Made by a program: the position numbers and the translations under genes
In this document: positions 63,602 through 64,000 of the stretch, piece by piece
Numbering within the stretch: position 1 is the stretch's first letter
Layout of the letters: each line of letters starts with the position of its first letter
The notes under the pieces: model-generated
What the model saw: only the letters and a program-made list of their open reading frames with translations
Databases searched by the model: none
Told to the model about the DNA's origin: nothing
Source of the DNA: Gammaproteobacteria bacterium
GTDB lineage: Bacteria; Pseudomonadota; Gammaproteobacteria; JABABF01
Length of the DNA: 64,000 nt
Assembly (NCBI GenBank): GCA_965237805.1
Contig: OZ250153.1
Location: forward strand, 416,001 to 480,000
Direction: 5' to 3'

Positions 63602-64000
63602 TCAGGCACTGTCGGGCCGGTTGGCCCAACCCAATTTGTCACGGCAGGCAGCGTAGAAACTGTGGTTGCGCGGGTGGATCAGGCGCAGTGGACGATCTCG
63701 CTTGCGCAGCAACAACTCGTCCCCCGGCAGGCACTCGAGCTCCACATGACCATCGCAGCTGACCAGCGGATGGGCATCCTTGTGCTCATTGACGACGATA
63801 CGCAGCGTGCTGTCGCCGCTGACCACCAGCGGGCGCGTGCTGAGCGTGTGCGGAGCGAGCGGCACCAGCACTATGGCATTGAGCCCCGGGTGCATAATCG
63901 GACCACCAGCCGACAACACATAGGCGGTGGAGCCGGTAGGAGTCGAGATGATCAAGCCATCCGAGCGCTGTGTGTAGACGAAATCCCGATCCACATAGAG
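63602..64000 (-). CDS. nadK: NAD+ kinase (partial; 5' end outside window)
   Basis: DGLIISTPTGSTAY.LSAGGPI, PHTLS.RPLV, KLGW. Confidence 0.93.
   Translation of the reverse strand, partial: LYVDRDFVYTQRSDGLIISTPTGSTAYVLSAGGPIMHPGLNAIVLVPLAPHTLSTRPLVVSGDSTLRIVVNEHKDAHPLVSCDGHVELECLPGDELLLRKRDRPLRLIHPRNHSFYAACRDKLGWANRPDSA

Overview
A GC-rich (roughly 60-65% by eye) gammaproteobacterial chromosome segment made mostly of tightly packed core genes. In order: pepP (partial), tRNA-Leu(CAG), the purA-hisZ-hflCK-hflX-hfq-miaA-mutL-amiB-tsaE-nnr cluster, queG, orn, rsgA-rhdA-psd, DUF3014, an SDR, epmA-efp-epmB, a multicopper oxidase, hisFAHB, mutY-yggX, tRNA-Phe, rsxABCDGE, gltA, aat, an acyl-CoA dehydrogenase pair, an MFS transporter, phoU-pstBACS-phoRB-pyrD, a moxR/Bat operon, a small AT-rich restriction-modification islet, pepN, DUF2797, a rhomboid protease and nadK (partial). 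The most unusual signals are small. (1) A 37-nt, 24%-GC insert cuts off the conserved STGP C-terminus of purA, which survives intact just downstream. (2) tRNA-Phe carries a 35-nt internal duplication of its D-arm/anticodon half. (3) A 21-bp duplication of the tRNA-Leu 3' end encloses only 87 bp. (4) Hfq is heavily remodelled, with an acidic Sm-like loop insertion, altered RNA-binding residues and a ~95-aa RGG/Gly-rich tail. (5) The endonuclease gene is frameshifted at a G6/A7 tract. All calls come from motif recognition and synteny by eye, with no database searches, and assembly artefacts cannot be excluded for the small insertions.
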